Below are positions 48,487 to 58,529 of a stretch of DNA of 64,000 nucleotides, piece after piece. The notes beneath the pieces are model-generated. The model saw only the letters and a list, made by a program, of their open reading frames with translations, was not told the DNA's origin and ran no database searches. The stretch lies in IMG/VR virus record IMGVR_UViG_2852501635_000002, positions 9,493 to 73,492 of that record; one strand, written 5' to 3'. Both the position numbers and the translations under genes were made by a program. Position 1 is the first letter of the stretch, and every line of letters begins with the position of its first letter. The DNA is from a virus. Taxonomy: Duplodnaviria; Caudoviricetes.

Positions 48487-51203
48487 AGCCGATTGATGTT
48501 ATCCGTGAGGTGAAGCTGAAAGCTAACGGACAATGGCAAGCTATATTATCTCACCTTGGGGCAGAAGTGCCCCTAAACACGCACACGGCTTGCCCTCATT
48601 GTGGTGGTAAAGACCGGTTTAGATTTGATAACAAGGACGGTAATGGCACGTTTATTTGTAATCAGTGCGGTTCTGGTGATGGATTAGATCTCGTTCAGCG
48701 TGTGTTAGGTGTCAGTGTAACCGAAGCTGCAAAAGAAGTTGCTAACATAATTGGTATTGATACCCGTTCAGCGTGTCCACCAGCCTACCGTCGTTCTGAG
48801 ATAAAAGCACAACAAGACGAACTGAAAGCGCAGCAAGCCGAAAAACAAGCTAACGAGAAGAGAGAGAAGCATAAACGCTTTATTGAACGGTATAACCGCA
48901 CTATTGCCAATGTTCAACGTGGGAGATCTGACTATCTCAAGGCTAAGGGGCTGCATGGTTTTGAAATGGATTTATTACAGGACGGTTCTCTTATCATTCC
49001 ATTATTGGACGCTGGTGGCGTTATTACTGGCGCACAAACTATTAAGCCTAATGGTGATAAGCGTTTGCTGTCAGATAGCGCAAAGTCAGGCAGTTATTAC
49101 CCCATCAATGAGCCTGTAAACGTCTCTACGGTGATTATCGCTGAAGGATTAGCAACCGCCCTAACGTGTCACTTAATCCAACCAGAAGCGCACACAGTTG
49201 CGGCAATTGATGCGGGAAACCTCATTCATGTAGCTAAGGTAATGCGAGTTAAGTATCCAGAGAGCAAGATTATTATTGCTGGGGATAACGATATTAAGCC
49301 AGGCCAAGACAATACAGGGAAATTAGCGGCAGAAAAGGCAGCTAAGGTGGTTAATGGTGTCGCTGTTTTACCCCCTACTGATGATAAAGCCGATTGGGAT
49401 GACTACCGCCTATCACACGGTATTGATGCGGCAAGACAGGCATTTAATGAAATATTAGAGCAGCAAGGAGGCAAGGTGATGATAGAAACTAGGGTAAGCA
49501 ATGAAGTCGTTAAACCTGACCCAATGAAGCCACGCATTGAATCACGTAAAGAGGGGGTATTTCTTGTTACACCGAAAGCCGACAAGGAAACAGGGGAAAT
49601 CATCAATCATGAGCAGTGGTTATCAAATGCTATCAAGCGGATCACTAAAGGTGTTAATGACCTCAATCAAGAGTATTTGATTATTGAGTGGGGGAATAAC
49701 AATGTTCAGGCAATACCGACAGGCGATATAGGAGAGCGTGAAGGATGGCGCACATTAAAAAACGCGGGGTTATTTGTCACTACCAAATCAGGATTAAGAC
49801 AGTCGTTTTCTGATTGGCTGTTACGTCAACCATTCAAAGAGGACTGGAGTATTACGAATAAATCAGGTTGGCACAAAGGCGCATATATCATGCCCGATGG
49901 TTCAATTATCGGCACACCTGAACAACCGATATTTTTTAACGGACAAAGCGCAGCAGCAACTGCCTACAAAGCAAGTGGAACGGTGGAAAGCTGGCGAAAT
50001 GATGTAGCGCGATTGGCTAACGGTAATAGTTTTATGATGTTTACGATTGGCGCCGCATTATCTGCACCGATGACGAGTCTTACGGGGGCTGACAGCTTTG
50101 GTATTCACATTTACGCTCAATCGACAGCAGGGAAAAGTACCACGGCAGATATGGCCGTGAGTTTATACGGTGATCCTGATTTACAGCGCTTAACATGGTA
50201 TGGCACTGAATACGGTATGACTAACGAAGCTGTAGCGCACAATGACGGACTTTTGTATTTGGATGAAGTCGGACAAGGGGCAGACCCTAAACACGTCTAC
50301 AAATCGGCTTACACGCTGTTTAATGGTAAAGGTAAGATCCAAGGTGCGAAGGAGGGCGGCAATAGGCAAGTTCAAAGCTGGCGGACAGTGGCCATTAGTA
50401 CAGGAGAAAAGGATATTGAGACCTTTTTATTAAGTTCGGGTGTGAAAGTCAATGCAGGGCAGCTAGTACGATTACTCAACATCCCTATTGAACGCGCCAC
50501 TGAACTACATGAATGTGAAACAGGGAAAGCCCACGCAGATTTAATTAAGATAAATTGCCGTTCTAGCTATGGGGCCGCAGGACGTTATTGGATTGAATAT
50601 CTATCAAATCATAAAGATGAAGCTAAAGAAGCCTATAGAACTGCACAACAACGCTGGAGTAAATTAATTCCGAGCAGTTACGGAGAACAAGTTCATCGAG
50701 CCAGTGATCGATTCGCTACTATAGAAGCGGCTTTGATAATGGGCCGTGTGATTACTGGCTGGAATGAACAAGATTGTAAGGATGCTGTTCAAGCCGCGTT
50801 TAACGCTTGGATTGCTGAGTTCGGCACAGGTAATAAAGAGATTGAACAGATTAAAGATCAGACGATCGCTTTTTTAAGTACGTATGGAATGAGTCGATTT
50901 GCTCCATTGCCTTATGATGAGCAATCTTTACCTATCAGAGAACTTGCAGGGTACAGAGTTAAATCAAACACGCAGGATGAAGCGCCCATATTATTTTATA
51001 CATTGCCAACAGTATTTAAGAACGAGATAGCCAAAACGTTCAATACGGACACTTTCGCTGATGCCCTGCATAAACTAGGTATTTTAAAAAAGCCTTCCAA
51101 TGGGAAAGGATATCAAGGCAGAACACCGCGTTTGAAACATTTAGGCAACATTCAGCAACGCGCCTATATTTTGATGCTTGTTCCTGATGAAGAGGAGGAG
51201 TGA
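48483..51203 (+). CDS. Primase-helicase (P4 alpha zinc finger, TOPRIM, DUF927)
   Basis: CPHCGGKDRFRFD..CNQCG, AEGLATA, AGDND, QSTAGKST, LDEVGQ. Confidence 0.93.
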   Translation: MKPIDVIREVKLKANGQWQAILSHLGAEVPLNTHTACPHCGGKDRFRFDNKDGNGTFICNQCGSGDGLDLVQRVLGVSVTEAAKEVANIIGIDTRSACPPAYRRSEIKAQQDELKAQQAEKQANEKREKHKRFIERYNRTIANVQRGRSDYLKAKGLHGFEMDLLQDGSLIIPLLDAGGVITGAQTIKPNGDKRLLSDSAKSGSYYPINEPVNVSTVIIAEGLATALTCHLIQPEAHTVAAIDAGNLIHVAKVMRVKYPESKIIIAGDNDIKPGQDNTGKLAAEKAAKVVNGVAVLPPTDDKADWDDYRLSHGIDAARQAFNEILEQQGGKVMIETRVSNEVVKPDPMKPRIESRKEGVFLVTPKADKETGEIINHEQWLSNAIKRITKGVNDLNQEYLIIEWGNNNVQAIPTGDIGEREGWRTLKNAGLFVTTKSGLRQSFSDWLLRQPFKEDWSITNKSGWHKGAYIMPDGSIIGTPEQPIFFNGQSAAATAYKASGTVESWRNDVARLANGNSFMMFTIGAALSAPMTSLTGADSFGIHIYAQSTAGKSTTADMAVSLYGDPDLQRLTWYGTEYGMTNEAVAHNDGLLYLDEVGQGADPKHVYKSAYTLFNGKGKIQGAKEGGNRQVQSWRTVAISTGEKDIETFLLSSGVKVNAGQLVRLLNIPIERATELHECETGKAHADLIKINCRSSYGAAGRYWIEYLSNHKDEAKEAYRTAQQRWSKLIPSSYGEQVHRASDRFATIEAALIMGRVITGWNEQDCKDAVQAAFNAWIAEFGTGNKEIEQIKDQTIAFLSTYGMSRFAPLPYDEQSLPIRELAGYRVKSNTQDEAPILFYTLPTVFKNEIAKTFNTDTFADALHKLGILKKPSNGKGYQGRTPRLKHLGNIQQRAYILMLVPDEEEE

Positions 51204-51236
51204 TTTCTTTCACGTCAGGAAAAAACGCTAATTATG

Positions 51237-51612
51237 GTTGTCTCAGTTGTCTCAATAAGAGAATAGAAAAGATAACTTATTAATATTTATAGTTATTATG
51301 ATTATTTTCTGAGACAACCCTGAGACAACATAAGCCCGTTTTGAGACAACCTAAGGCGTTTTTGAGACAACGCTGAAAAGTTTAGGTTAGCCCTTGGTTG
51401 GTTAAAAAAGTGGGTGAGACAACCGAATCAAAGGCTGAGACAACACGGTAATGAGAAAATAACCCTTAAAAATCAATTTATTGTAAAAATAAGGCGTGGG
51501 TAATCATGAGATTGAGACAACTCAAAATCATCAAGTTGTCTCAGAAAAAATATTTAATATAGCTTAATCAATAGGTTGTAAGTATTGAGACAACTGAGAC
51601 AACTGAGACAAC
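51237..51612. repeat. Replication origin: 13 TGAGACAAC iterons (10 direct, 3 inverted) plus IHF-like site
   Basis: Direct at 51310, 51321, 51342, 51363, 51415, 51436, 51513, 51586, 51595, 51604; inverted at 51237, 51246, 51535. Confidence 0.9.
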
Positions 51613-51658
51613 CCCTGATCGCGTATCTAATAAAAAGTTTTTTGAGGAAAAAGAAATA

Positions 51659-52113
51659 ATGGTCAGAGTGACTTTCTTATTAAGAAAAGATAACAATAAT
51701 GTAACCCCCCCCCACCAGCAACGAACACACCAAAAAGCGCACGGACTAAAAGGTCACAGGAAGCCTCAAAGCAATCGAAGAAGAAAAATAAGGCAGATGC
51801 TCACGCTAAAAAGAAACAATACCGTATCGACCGTATAGCGAAGCACTGGACGATATTTAATGAACCAGAGGCTAAACCACTGATGATAGGCATCAAGGAA
51901 GTCATGATTGCTGAGGTTAAAGATAAAGGGTTGGATATTCCAGAGAGCCATATTAAACAGGGATTACGATCATACATTAGTCGTAAAACCTATCTAAAAG
52001 CTCTTACTCTGGGCGGTAATCGTTTTGATATGAACGGGCGTCCTAAAGGAGAAATCACACCTCAACAACAAGCATTAGCAAAACAAATGCTGGTGGAATG
52101 GGCTAAAAAATAG
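51659..52113 (+). pseudogene. ProQ/FinO-domain gene frameshifted at a C9 tract
   Basis: KPLMIGI...LRSY.SRKTYLKAL..G..RFDMNG.PKGEIT; ATG 51659 joins this frame only with C10 or C7 at 51705-51713. Confidence 0.7.
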
Positions 52114-52187
52114 CAATGTAACAACCGCCAAAGCATAAACTGAGGTGATTATGTATAATTTGCCTTATCAACTAAAAGGATCACTAA

Positions 52188-52700
52188 ATGAAAAAAATCA
52201 TGATAACGGCTCTATTGGCTTTATTTTTATCGGGATGTGATAACAACCCGCCAGCACCCTACGGGTTTAAGTGGGGGCAGACTGTGGCGGATATACAAAA
52301 ATTAAATATTGCTGGCGCTAGCGAGTGCAAAGACCCAGCTTGCTCTATTATGGTAACACCTAGCGGAGCACATGGATTAACAACATTAATTTTCTATAAA
52401 GATTCAGGATTGGCACAAGTGGTACACTCAGAGCCACTGAACGAAACCAACAAAGATGATGTAATGGCAAGGTTTAATCATATTAGTAATGAGTTGAAAT
52501 CAATTTATGGTAATCCAACCAGTGAAATAATACGTATTGATGATGAGAATAACTTTATTGACTGTTTAAAACAAATTAGCTGTAGAGATATCAAGGCAGA
52601 ATATAACAAAGATGGTTATCGGGCATTTATCTCAATAGGAACGAGAAAAAAAGACGGGAGATTATTCATTTTCACCGATCACCAAAGACCTCTAAAATAA
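52188..52700 (+). CDS. Lipoprotein
   Basis: LSGC lipobox; APYGFKWG. Confidence 0.8.
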   Translation: MKKIMITALLALFLSGCDNNPPAPYGFKWGQTVADIQKLNIAGASECKDPACSIMVTPSGAHGLTTLIFYKDSGLAQVVHSEPLNETNKDDVMARFNHISNELKSIYGNPTSEIIRIDDENNFIDCLKQISCRDIKAEYNKDGYRAFISIGTRKKDGRLFIFTDHQRPLK

Positions 52701-52711
52701 GCTATACAAAC

Positions 52712-52735
52712 AAGCCGACCTTGAGTCGGTTTTTT
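52712..52735 (+). terminator. Intrinsic terminator
   Basis: AAGCCGAC-CTTGA-GTCGGTTTTTT. Confidence 0.7.
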
Positions 52736-52871
52736 GTTCTTATAGCCCCTATCATATTAATTTTTATAGAAATCTCCCTGTTTTATAGTCGTTTGTATTA
52801 ATCAATTATTGATTATTTTTTAATCCATTATATAATTGTATTGTATATAATTACAGGTTGGATAAATAAAC

Positions 52872-53045
52872 ATGAGTAAGCAAAAAAGAACCTTCAAGCC
52901 AGTGTCAATTGATAGTGAAATAATAGAACGCGTCAAAAAGTTTAAAGAAAAACAGGGTGAAAAAGATTTTTTCATTCAACGAGCACCTATTAGTCAATTA
53001 ATTCAAGGGTTACTAATTAATGCCTTACATAACGAGGGATTCTAA
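52872..53045 (+). CDS. Small RHH-like protein heading the tail operon
   Basis: Hand translation MSKQKRTFKPVSIDSEIIERVKKF...PISQLIQGLL. Confidence 0.6.
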   Translation: MSKQKRTFKPVSIDSEIIERVKKFKEKQGEKDFFIQRAPISQLIQGLLINALHNEGF

Positions 53046-53386
53046 TGGAAAAATTACAACGGTTAGCAAGCACTATAGCCCAGATTTATGTTGATAATTT
53101 AAAAGCTGAAACAGGAGAAACATTAGTAACTTATAACGGTATCACAGGTAAAGTTACCCCTGAATTACTGGCCGCTGGATTGTTTGATAATGCGGTATTT
53201 GCGGTTAAAGCGGATGGAGAAGAGATTGACGTTGAAGGTAAGGCGTATGATTTACTATCCCCGTTAATTAACTTATCAACAAAGCCTTACTCCCTAACGG
53301 GACAGGCATATAAATTGATTAATTTTCTCAATGTGCAGGCACTAAAAGCAGGAAGCACTTTATCAACCTTATCAGTTGTACATTAA
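53045..53386 (+). CDS. Hypothetical protein directly upstream of satellite TMP
   Basis: TAATG-coupled ORF; possible chaperone by position only. Confidence 0.65.
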   Translation: MEKLQRLASTIAQIYVDNLKAETGETLVTYNGITGKVTPELLAAGLFDNAVFAVKADGEEIDVEGKAYDLLSPLINLSTKPYSLTGQAYKLINFLNVQALKAGSTLSTLSVVH

Positions 53387-53402
53387 TCACAGGGAGAAAA
53401 TT

Positions 53403-56400
53403 ATGTATCATGGCGAAGGTTACACAGTATATGTAGATGCCGATACGGCCGGCCTTCTTGAGGCTAACCGTGAAATCGAAAAAGCAAGAAGAAAAATAAA
53501 TGATTTAGGCAACGAAGCAAACACCACAAGCAAATCATTTACTCAATTCAATAAATCAGCAATCGCGGTTTCCAGTGCGTTAAAAATGCCTGAAATAAAC
53601 CGCTTATCACGTCAAATGAGTGAATTGGCGGGGCAAATTGGCGCTGCTTCAATGGCAACAGATAAGGCAACGACTGTTAACGCGCGTTTTACAGGTGTGA
53701 TTAGCAATGTGTCTGGGCTACTAGGGGCGGGATATGTTTCTAATATTGGTAGCGCTACTGTTTCGCTCTTGCAACATACTCAAGGGGCAATTAATGCCAC
53801 ACAAGCCGAGGTTTTACATACTCGCGCTATTCAAATGAAGGCTCAGGCATTGCAAGCTGCTGCCTCCCAAGAAGTGATTAACGCCAAAAATCTTAAAGCA
53901 TCAACACAAGCAGAGCTAAAAGCAGCTCAGGCAGCGTTAGAACACGTTTATTCATTAGAAGGCTCTAATGATATCAAGCAGCGTAATTTAGAGTCACTTA
54001 GGGCACGACAGGCAGCAGTGCTCAAGGATGCTGAAATAACTTATCAAATGACTGCGAGTGAAGAAAATTTGCAGCGAGTGACTAAAGCCAGTAATGCGCT
54101 ACATGCTACGGAAACTAAAATAAAAACGCATTTAGCTACAACCGGAAAAGAAATTGCGCTTGTTGAGGCTAGAGTCGCTAAAGCAAAAGAAGCAGAAACA
54201 CTAGCAACTCAAAAATTAAATGCGGCATTAGCATTAGAGCAAAAAGCGAAAGCCACACTAGCCACTACAACAGACGCGGTGACCGTAGCTAATGGTCGCG
54301 CAGCCCAAGCGGCTAGAAGTCAATCCATTGCTATGCAAGGATTGCGAGGTGTTGTGGGGTTATTAGGTGGCCCAACGGGTGTTTTTATGTTGGCTACTGC
54401 TGGCGTGTATGCGCTATATAACGCGATGAATGATGACACCGCAACGAAAGAGTTTAATGACAGAGTAGATCAGTGGATTGATAAAATTGACGAACTGTCA
54501 GCCAAACAGGCTCGCGCTGTGGCTAACCGCTTAGGCGAGAAGATAGCGGAAACAACCACACAACTAGAGGGACAGAAAAAAAGTCTTTCCAGTGTTAATT
54601 CAGATCTAAAAAGATATGAAAATAGACTTGCTGATATTAATAAAGAGATTCAAAGACAAAAAGAACAAGGTTTTGAAGTAGGTAAGTCTTACGTTCAGGA
54701 TGATATAGTAAAGGAAATCGAAAAACTCACCAAGAAACAGCAGCAGTATGAGCTGATTATTTCAGAAGGTGAGCAGAATATTCGTCGCTGGACGGTATCA
54801 CAAGGTAAAGCCGCTAATATTGCAAAAGAGAGAGCAAAACAAACAGACGAACTCAGCAGAGCGGAATTAATTTATCAACGCCAAGCTAAAGGGATAGTTG
54901 ATGCTAACCAACAATTAGCTAGATCACTAGAGCTAGGCAGTGACGCAGCCGTTAAGAAAGAACAAGCCATCAAAGAGTTAGAAAAGGCTTTAATTGCTGA
55001 TGGTTTTGTTAAAGACTCCGAGTTATTTAAACAAAAAATACAAGAGTTAACGGATGAGCTTGATAAGAAGGCAAGTTTAAACCTTGCTAACTCTCTTGCT
55101 GAGATAGAGCAACGAACACAAGCCCTCACTATTGGCATGAAAGACGGTAAGCCTGCACTGGATGAATACAATGCCTCGTTACTGCTTATGCAAATGGGGA
55201 TAAAAAAAGGTTCGGCTACCTACAATACCGAACTCCCGAAAGCGATAGAGGCAATACGCAATTTACGTGAAGCTCAAGAAGCCGCACTAAATAGCAAATC
55301 AAATGCTAACAAGTCGTTGAAAGCGATTAATAAGGCAAATGATGCCATTAAAAAACAACAGCAACAGACTGAGACGTTAAGAAAAGAATTTGAATTATTG
55401 AGTTCTGGCGCAGCTAACGTAAATAGAGAGATGGCTATTTTTAACGCTGTTCAAAGTCTGGGTGCTGATGCGACAGACAAGCAAAAGAAAGCTATTGCTA
55501 AAGAAGTCGCCGAAGTTTTTGACCTCAAACAAAAAGTCGATGACTTTATTAAGTCGCAAGAAATTACTCCAGAGTTAAAACTTGCAAGAGCATTTAGACA
55601 AGAATCTGAAGAGCTTAAACGCATGTTTGATAATGATTTCATTGATGAAGAAACGTTTAAGGCGTTAGGCAATAAAGCAATGAAGGCATTTGATGCTGGA
55701 ATGGCTGAAATAAAAATAAACGCGGTTATTGACCCAATAACTGAAGCCAAAGGGCAATACGACCCGATACAAGCACTGGCTAACGAACACGCTAAGAAAC
55801 TTGAGATGATCCGCCAATTCGAAACAGAAAAAGGCGCTATTACTCAGCGTGGCTTAGAGTTAATGAATGCCGCTAATACTCAATATGAGCAAGACCGGTT
55901 AAATGCTCAATGGGAGATATGGCGCAATCAAAGCCAAGCCAATCAATTCTTAGCTGATGGGTTGGACGCATTAGGACAGCGCTCTACTAACGTACTCACA
56001 GGGCTATTAACTCAAACACAATCCATTAACGATGCTTTCCGTAATGTCGCCTTAACCATCGTAGACCAAGCCGTTGGCGCTCTGGTCCAAATGGGTATGC
56101 AACAAGTTAAGAATATGATTATGGGTGAAAGTATGGCGACAGCCGCTCAAGCATCTGCATTGGCTCAGGCTGCGGCAGCACAAGCGGCATGGGCACCAGC
56201 GGCATTAAGCGCATCAATAGCCACATTAGGCGCAGCAGTAGCAACGGGAACATCATCATATACGGCGGCTATGGCAGCTAGTAAAACGATGGGGTTGGTT
56301 GCTGGTGCTCGTAAAAATGGTGGACCCGTAAATGCTGGCTCTATGTATCGAGTGGGTGAAGGTGGTAAGCCTGAGATATTCAAAGCATCTAACGGTAGTC

Positions 56401-56633
56401 AGTACATGATACCGGGTGATAATGGTCGAGTTATTAGCAATCGACAAATGGGTAAAGGTGGTAATGGTGTCAGCATGGGTGATATGAACTTTACATTCCA
56501 AGTTCAAGCACCTAATGGCATTACTCAAAAGGAGGCGCAACAAATACAGCAAATGGTGAGAGGTACGGTTTATGACGTACTTGGTAACGAAATGCGTAGC
56601 GGTGGTGCTTTGGAAAAAGTAAGAAGTTGGTAA
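53403..56633 (+). CDS. Satellite-encoded tape measure protein
   Basis: Ala-rich coiled coil, LLGGPTG, C-terminal blocks nearly identical to prophage TMP. Confidence 0.88.
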   Translation: MYHGEGYTVYVDADTAGLLEANREIEKARRKINDLGNEANTTSKSFTQFNKSAIAVSSALKMPEINRLSRQMSELAGQIGAASMATDKATTVNARFTGVISNVSGLLGAGYVSNIGSATVSLLQHTQGAINATQAEVLHTRAIQMKAQALQAAASQEVINAKNLKASTQAELKAAQAALEHVYSLEGSNDIKQRNLESLRARQAAVLKDAEITYQMTASEENLQRVTKASNALHATETKIKTHLATTGKEIALVEARVAKAKEAETLATQKLNAALALEQKAKATLATTTDAVTVANGRAAQAARSQSIAMQGLRGVVGLLGGPTGVFMLATAGVYALYNAMNDDTATKEFNDRVDQWIDKIDELSAKQARAVANRLGEKIAETTTQLEGQKKSLSSVNSDLKRYENRLADINKEIQRQKEQGFEVGKSYVQDDIVKEIEKLTKKQQQYELIISEGEQNIRRWTVSQGKAANIAKERAKQTDELSRAELIYQRQAKGIVDANQQLARSLELGSDAAVKKEQAIKELEKALIADGFVKDSELFKQKIQELTDELDKKASLNLANSLAEIEQRTQALTIGMKDGKPALDEYNASLLLMQMGIKKGSATYNTELPKAIEAIRNLREAQEAALNSKSNANKSLKAINKANDAIKKQQQQTETLRKEFELLSSGAANVNREMAIFNAVQSLGADATDKQKKAIAKEVAEVFDLKQKVDDFIKSQEITPELKLARAFRQESEELKRMFDNDFIDEETFKALGNKAMKAFDAGMAEIKINAVIDPITEAKGQYDPIQALANEHAKKLEMIRQFETEKGAITQRGLELMNAANTQYEQDRLNAQWEIWRNQSQANQFLADGLDALGQRSTNVLTGLLTQTQSINDAFRNVALTIVDQAVGALVQMGMQQVKNMIMGESMATAAQASALAQAAAAQAAWAPAALSASIATLGAAVATGTSSYTAAMAASKTMGLVAGARKNGGPVNAGSMYRVGEGGKPEIFKASNGSQYMIPGDNGRVISNRQMGKGGNGVSMGDMNFTFQVQAPNGITQKEAQQIQQMVRGTVYDVLGNEMRSGGALEKVRSW

Positions 56634-56699
56634 TTAAAAGCGTGGATAAAAACCATAATAGGGCAGATTTCTGCCCTTTATAGTATTGAAGGGTACATA

Positions 56700-57068
56700 A
56701 TGATAAAGATAAAAGTATCTAAAAGGAAAGGTCGCAATCAATCATTTCTACAATATTGCCAGCATGTAGATCAACGAGTATCACGGGCTATGCAACGGTT
56801 TCTTTTCGATGCTGGAGCACAATCCGCAATTTATACGCCTATCGATACATCAACATTGATTAATAGTCAGTTTAGGGATGTTACTGTTAATGGTACAAAA
56901 ATAACGGGACGTATTGGTTACTCCGCCAGCTATGCCGTTTATGTGCATGATCCGAAAGTTAAGCAGAAATTTAAACGACCAACAGCTAAAAAAGAGTTCT
57001 TGAAAAAAGCGGTCGAGGAAACGCTACCTAATTTAACTAAGTATATTCATGAAGAATTGAAGAGTTAG
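56700..57068 (+). CDS. HK97 gp10-like neck/tail-completion protein (homolog of 23558-23929)
   Basis: YTPIDTSTLINSQFR..TGRIGYSA.YAVYVHDP.VKQKF.R.TAKKEFLK shared with prophage gene. Confidence 0.88.
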   Translation: MIKIKVSKRKGRNQSFLQYCQHVDQRVSRAMQRFLFDAGAQSAIYTPIDTSTLINSQFRDVTVNGTKITGRIGYSASYAVYVHDPKVKQKFKRPTAKKEFLKKAVEETLPNLTKYIHEELKS

Positions 57069-57075
57069 CCTTCAT

Positions 57076-57095
57076 ACTTTCGTGAACAGTACGCG
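57076..57095 (+). promoter_or_regulatory. Putative pac-site mimic
   Basis: 20/20 identity to terS 16005-16024. Confidence 0.65.
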
Positions 57096-57433
57096 CGTGG
57101 AAGGAAATATGCAAAAAACAACCAAAAAGAAACCAACCATTATTTTTATGATGTACCGACAATGCGCCTAATTGTGACGTGTGAACAATCCATCAACATT
57201 CACATAAGAGCCGATAGAGTAACAGGGGCAATCATGAGGAGTTTGTGAGGCAAGCAATCATTGAGAAGCTAAAAAAAAGCAACAGCACAAATAGCTAAAT
57301 CGCTATATGTATGTGTCAATAACTTGGTTATAGCTATATATATTGTGTTTACGTTAAAAAAATAGACAGGTAATTACAAGCTCATAATGATTAGCCCCTA
57401 GACAAGATAAATATATTCAGTATTATTTATCCC

Positions 57434-57500
57434 AACAGTGCCCCTCATAACCTCTACGTAGAACGGAGAAATCTGGTTTGCGATACGTTTGGGGCTTTCT
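57434..57500 (+). ncRNA. Candidate RNA antitoxin upstream of Abi gene
   Basis: Nested stems, TAGACA-16-TATTAT promoter at 57399-57426, T-rich tail. Confidence 0.6.
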
Positions 57501-57533
57501 TTTATCTACTATCTGATAATTTTCCATGCTGCT

Positions 57534-58529
57534 ATGCACCCTCTAAAACCTCATCTAACGTATTTTGACCAAATAAAAAAGCTAGAAAAACGAGGAATGA
57601 GTTTTGAGGATCTACCTCCTGAGCAGGCGGTAAAGAAAATAATGAATATTGGATATTACAGGCTATCTGGGTATTGGTATCCATTCCGTAAGTTAAAGTT
57701 AATCCCACCAGTAGCACCCGATGAAGCCAGACGTGAAGAAACATTCCTTGAGGGTACAACCTTTACAACGGTATACGCACACTATTTATTTGATGTAAAA
57801 CTAAGAAGTTCTATTTTTTATGGAATAGAACGAATTGAAACTTATCTTAAAGCAAAAATAGCTTACGAACTAGGTAAAGTATCCCCTACGGCATACAAAG
57901 ATAAGAATATCATCCAATACAGACATCACTACCGACATGATACATGGCTAGAAAAGTTAGATTCTTTAATAGAGCGAAATAGTGATAAAGATTGTATACG
58001 ATGGAATTTAGATAAGTATGGGGATATTCCTATATGGGCTATCGTTGATATTTGGGATTTCGGTACAATGTCTCGCTTCTACGGAATGCTTGAAGATAAA
58101 TACAAACATCAAATTTGTAAATCGCTTGGCTTTCTAAAGCCTAACTCAGCAAATGTAAGAGATGGACTGAAAACAGCATTAGAGCACCTTAATACAGTTA
58201 GAAACAGGTGTGCCCACCATGCGCGTTTATGGAATACCGATTTTTCAGACTCAAAAATTAGCATCGATGTGTTAGATAATATTGATTTAACAGCCTCGCG
58301 CTTGTCTCCAAAAAGCCCTGAACTATCAAGAATGGCAGGTATCATATTTTTAATATGGAGTCTGACCAAGAGAATAAGTTGTAATTCTACATGGCTAAGT
58401 TCAGTAAATGATCATTTAGAAAAACATCAGGGCGTTATTCCGTTTAATTCAATGGGATTCGATAATAACAATATCTCAGGATTAAAAAATCTATTGGATA
58501 AGGAAAAAGAACAATCAGCCCAATCATAA
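57534..58529 (+). CDS. Abi_2 (AbiD/AbiF) HEPN abortive infection protein
   Basis: IGYYRLSGY, IERIE, PIWAIVDIWDFG, RNRCAHH (RxxxxH). Confidence 0.92.
   Translation: MHPLKPHLTYFDQIKKLEKRGMSFEDLPPEQAVKKIMNIGYYRLSGYWYPFRKLKLIPPVAPDEARREETFLEGTTFTTVYAHYLFDVKLRSSIFYGIERIETYLKAKIAYELGKVSPTAYKDKNIIQYRHHYRHDTWLEKLDSLIERNSDKDCIRWNLDKYGDIPIWAIVDIWDFGTMSRFYGMLEDKYKHQICKSLGFLKPNSANVRDGLKTALEHLNTVRNRCAHHARLWNTDFSDSKISIDVLDNIDLTASRLSPKSPELSRMAGIIFLIWSLTKRISCNSTWLSSVNDHLEKHQGVIPFNSMGFDNNNISGLKNLLDKEKEQSAQS

Noticed and set aside
51237-51612. CRISPR array
   Set aside because: 9-bp repeats in both orientations with irregular spacing directly after a primase are iterons; no cas genes
53403-56633. Assembly duplication of the prophage TMP
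   Set aside because: Most of the gene is unrelated to the prophage TMP and shared blocks contain substitutions
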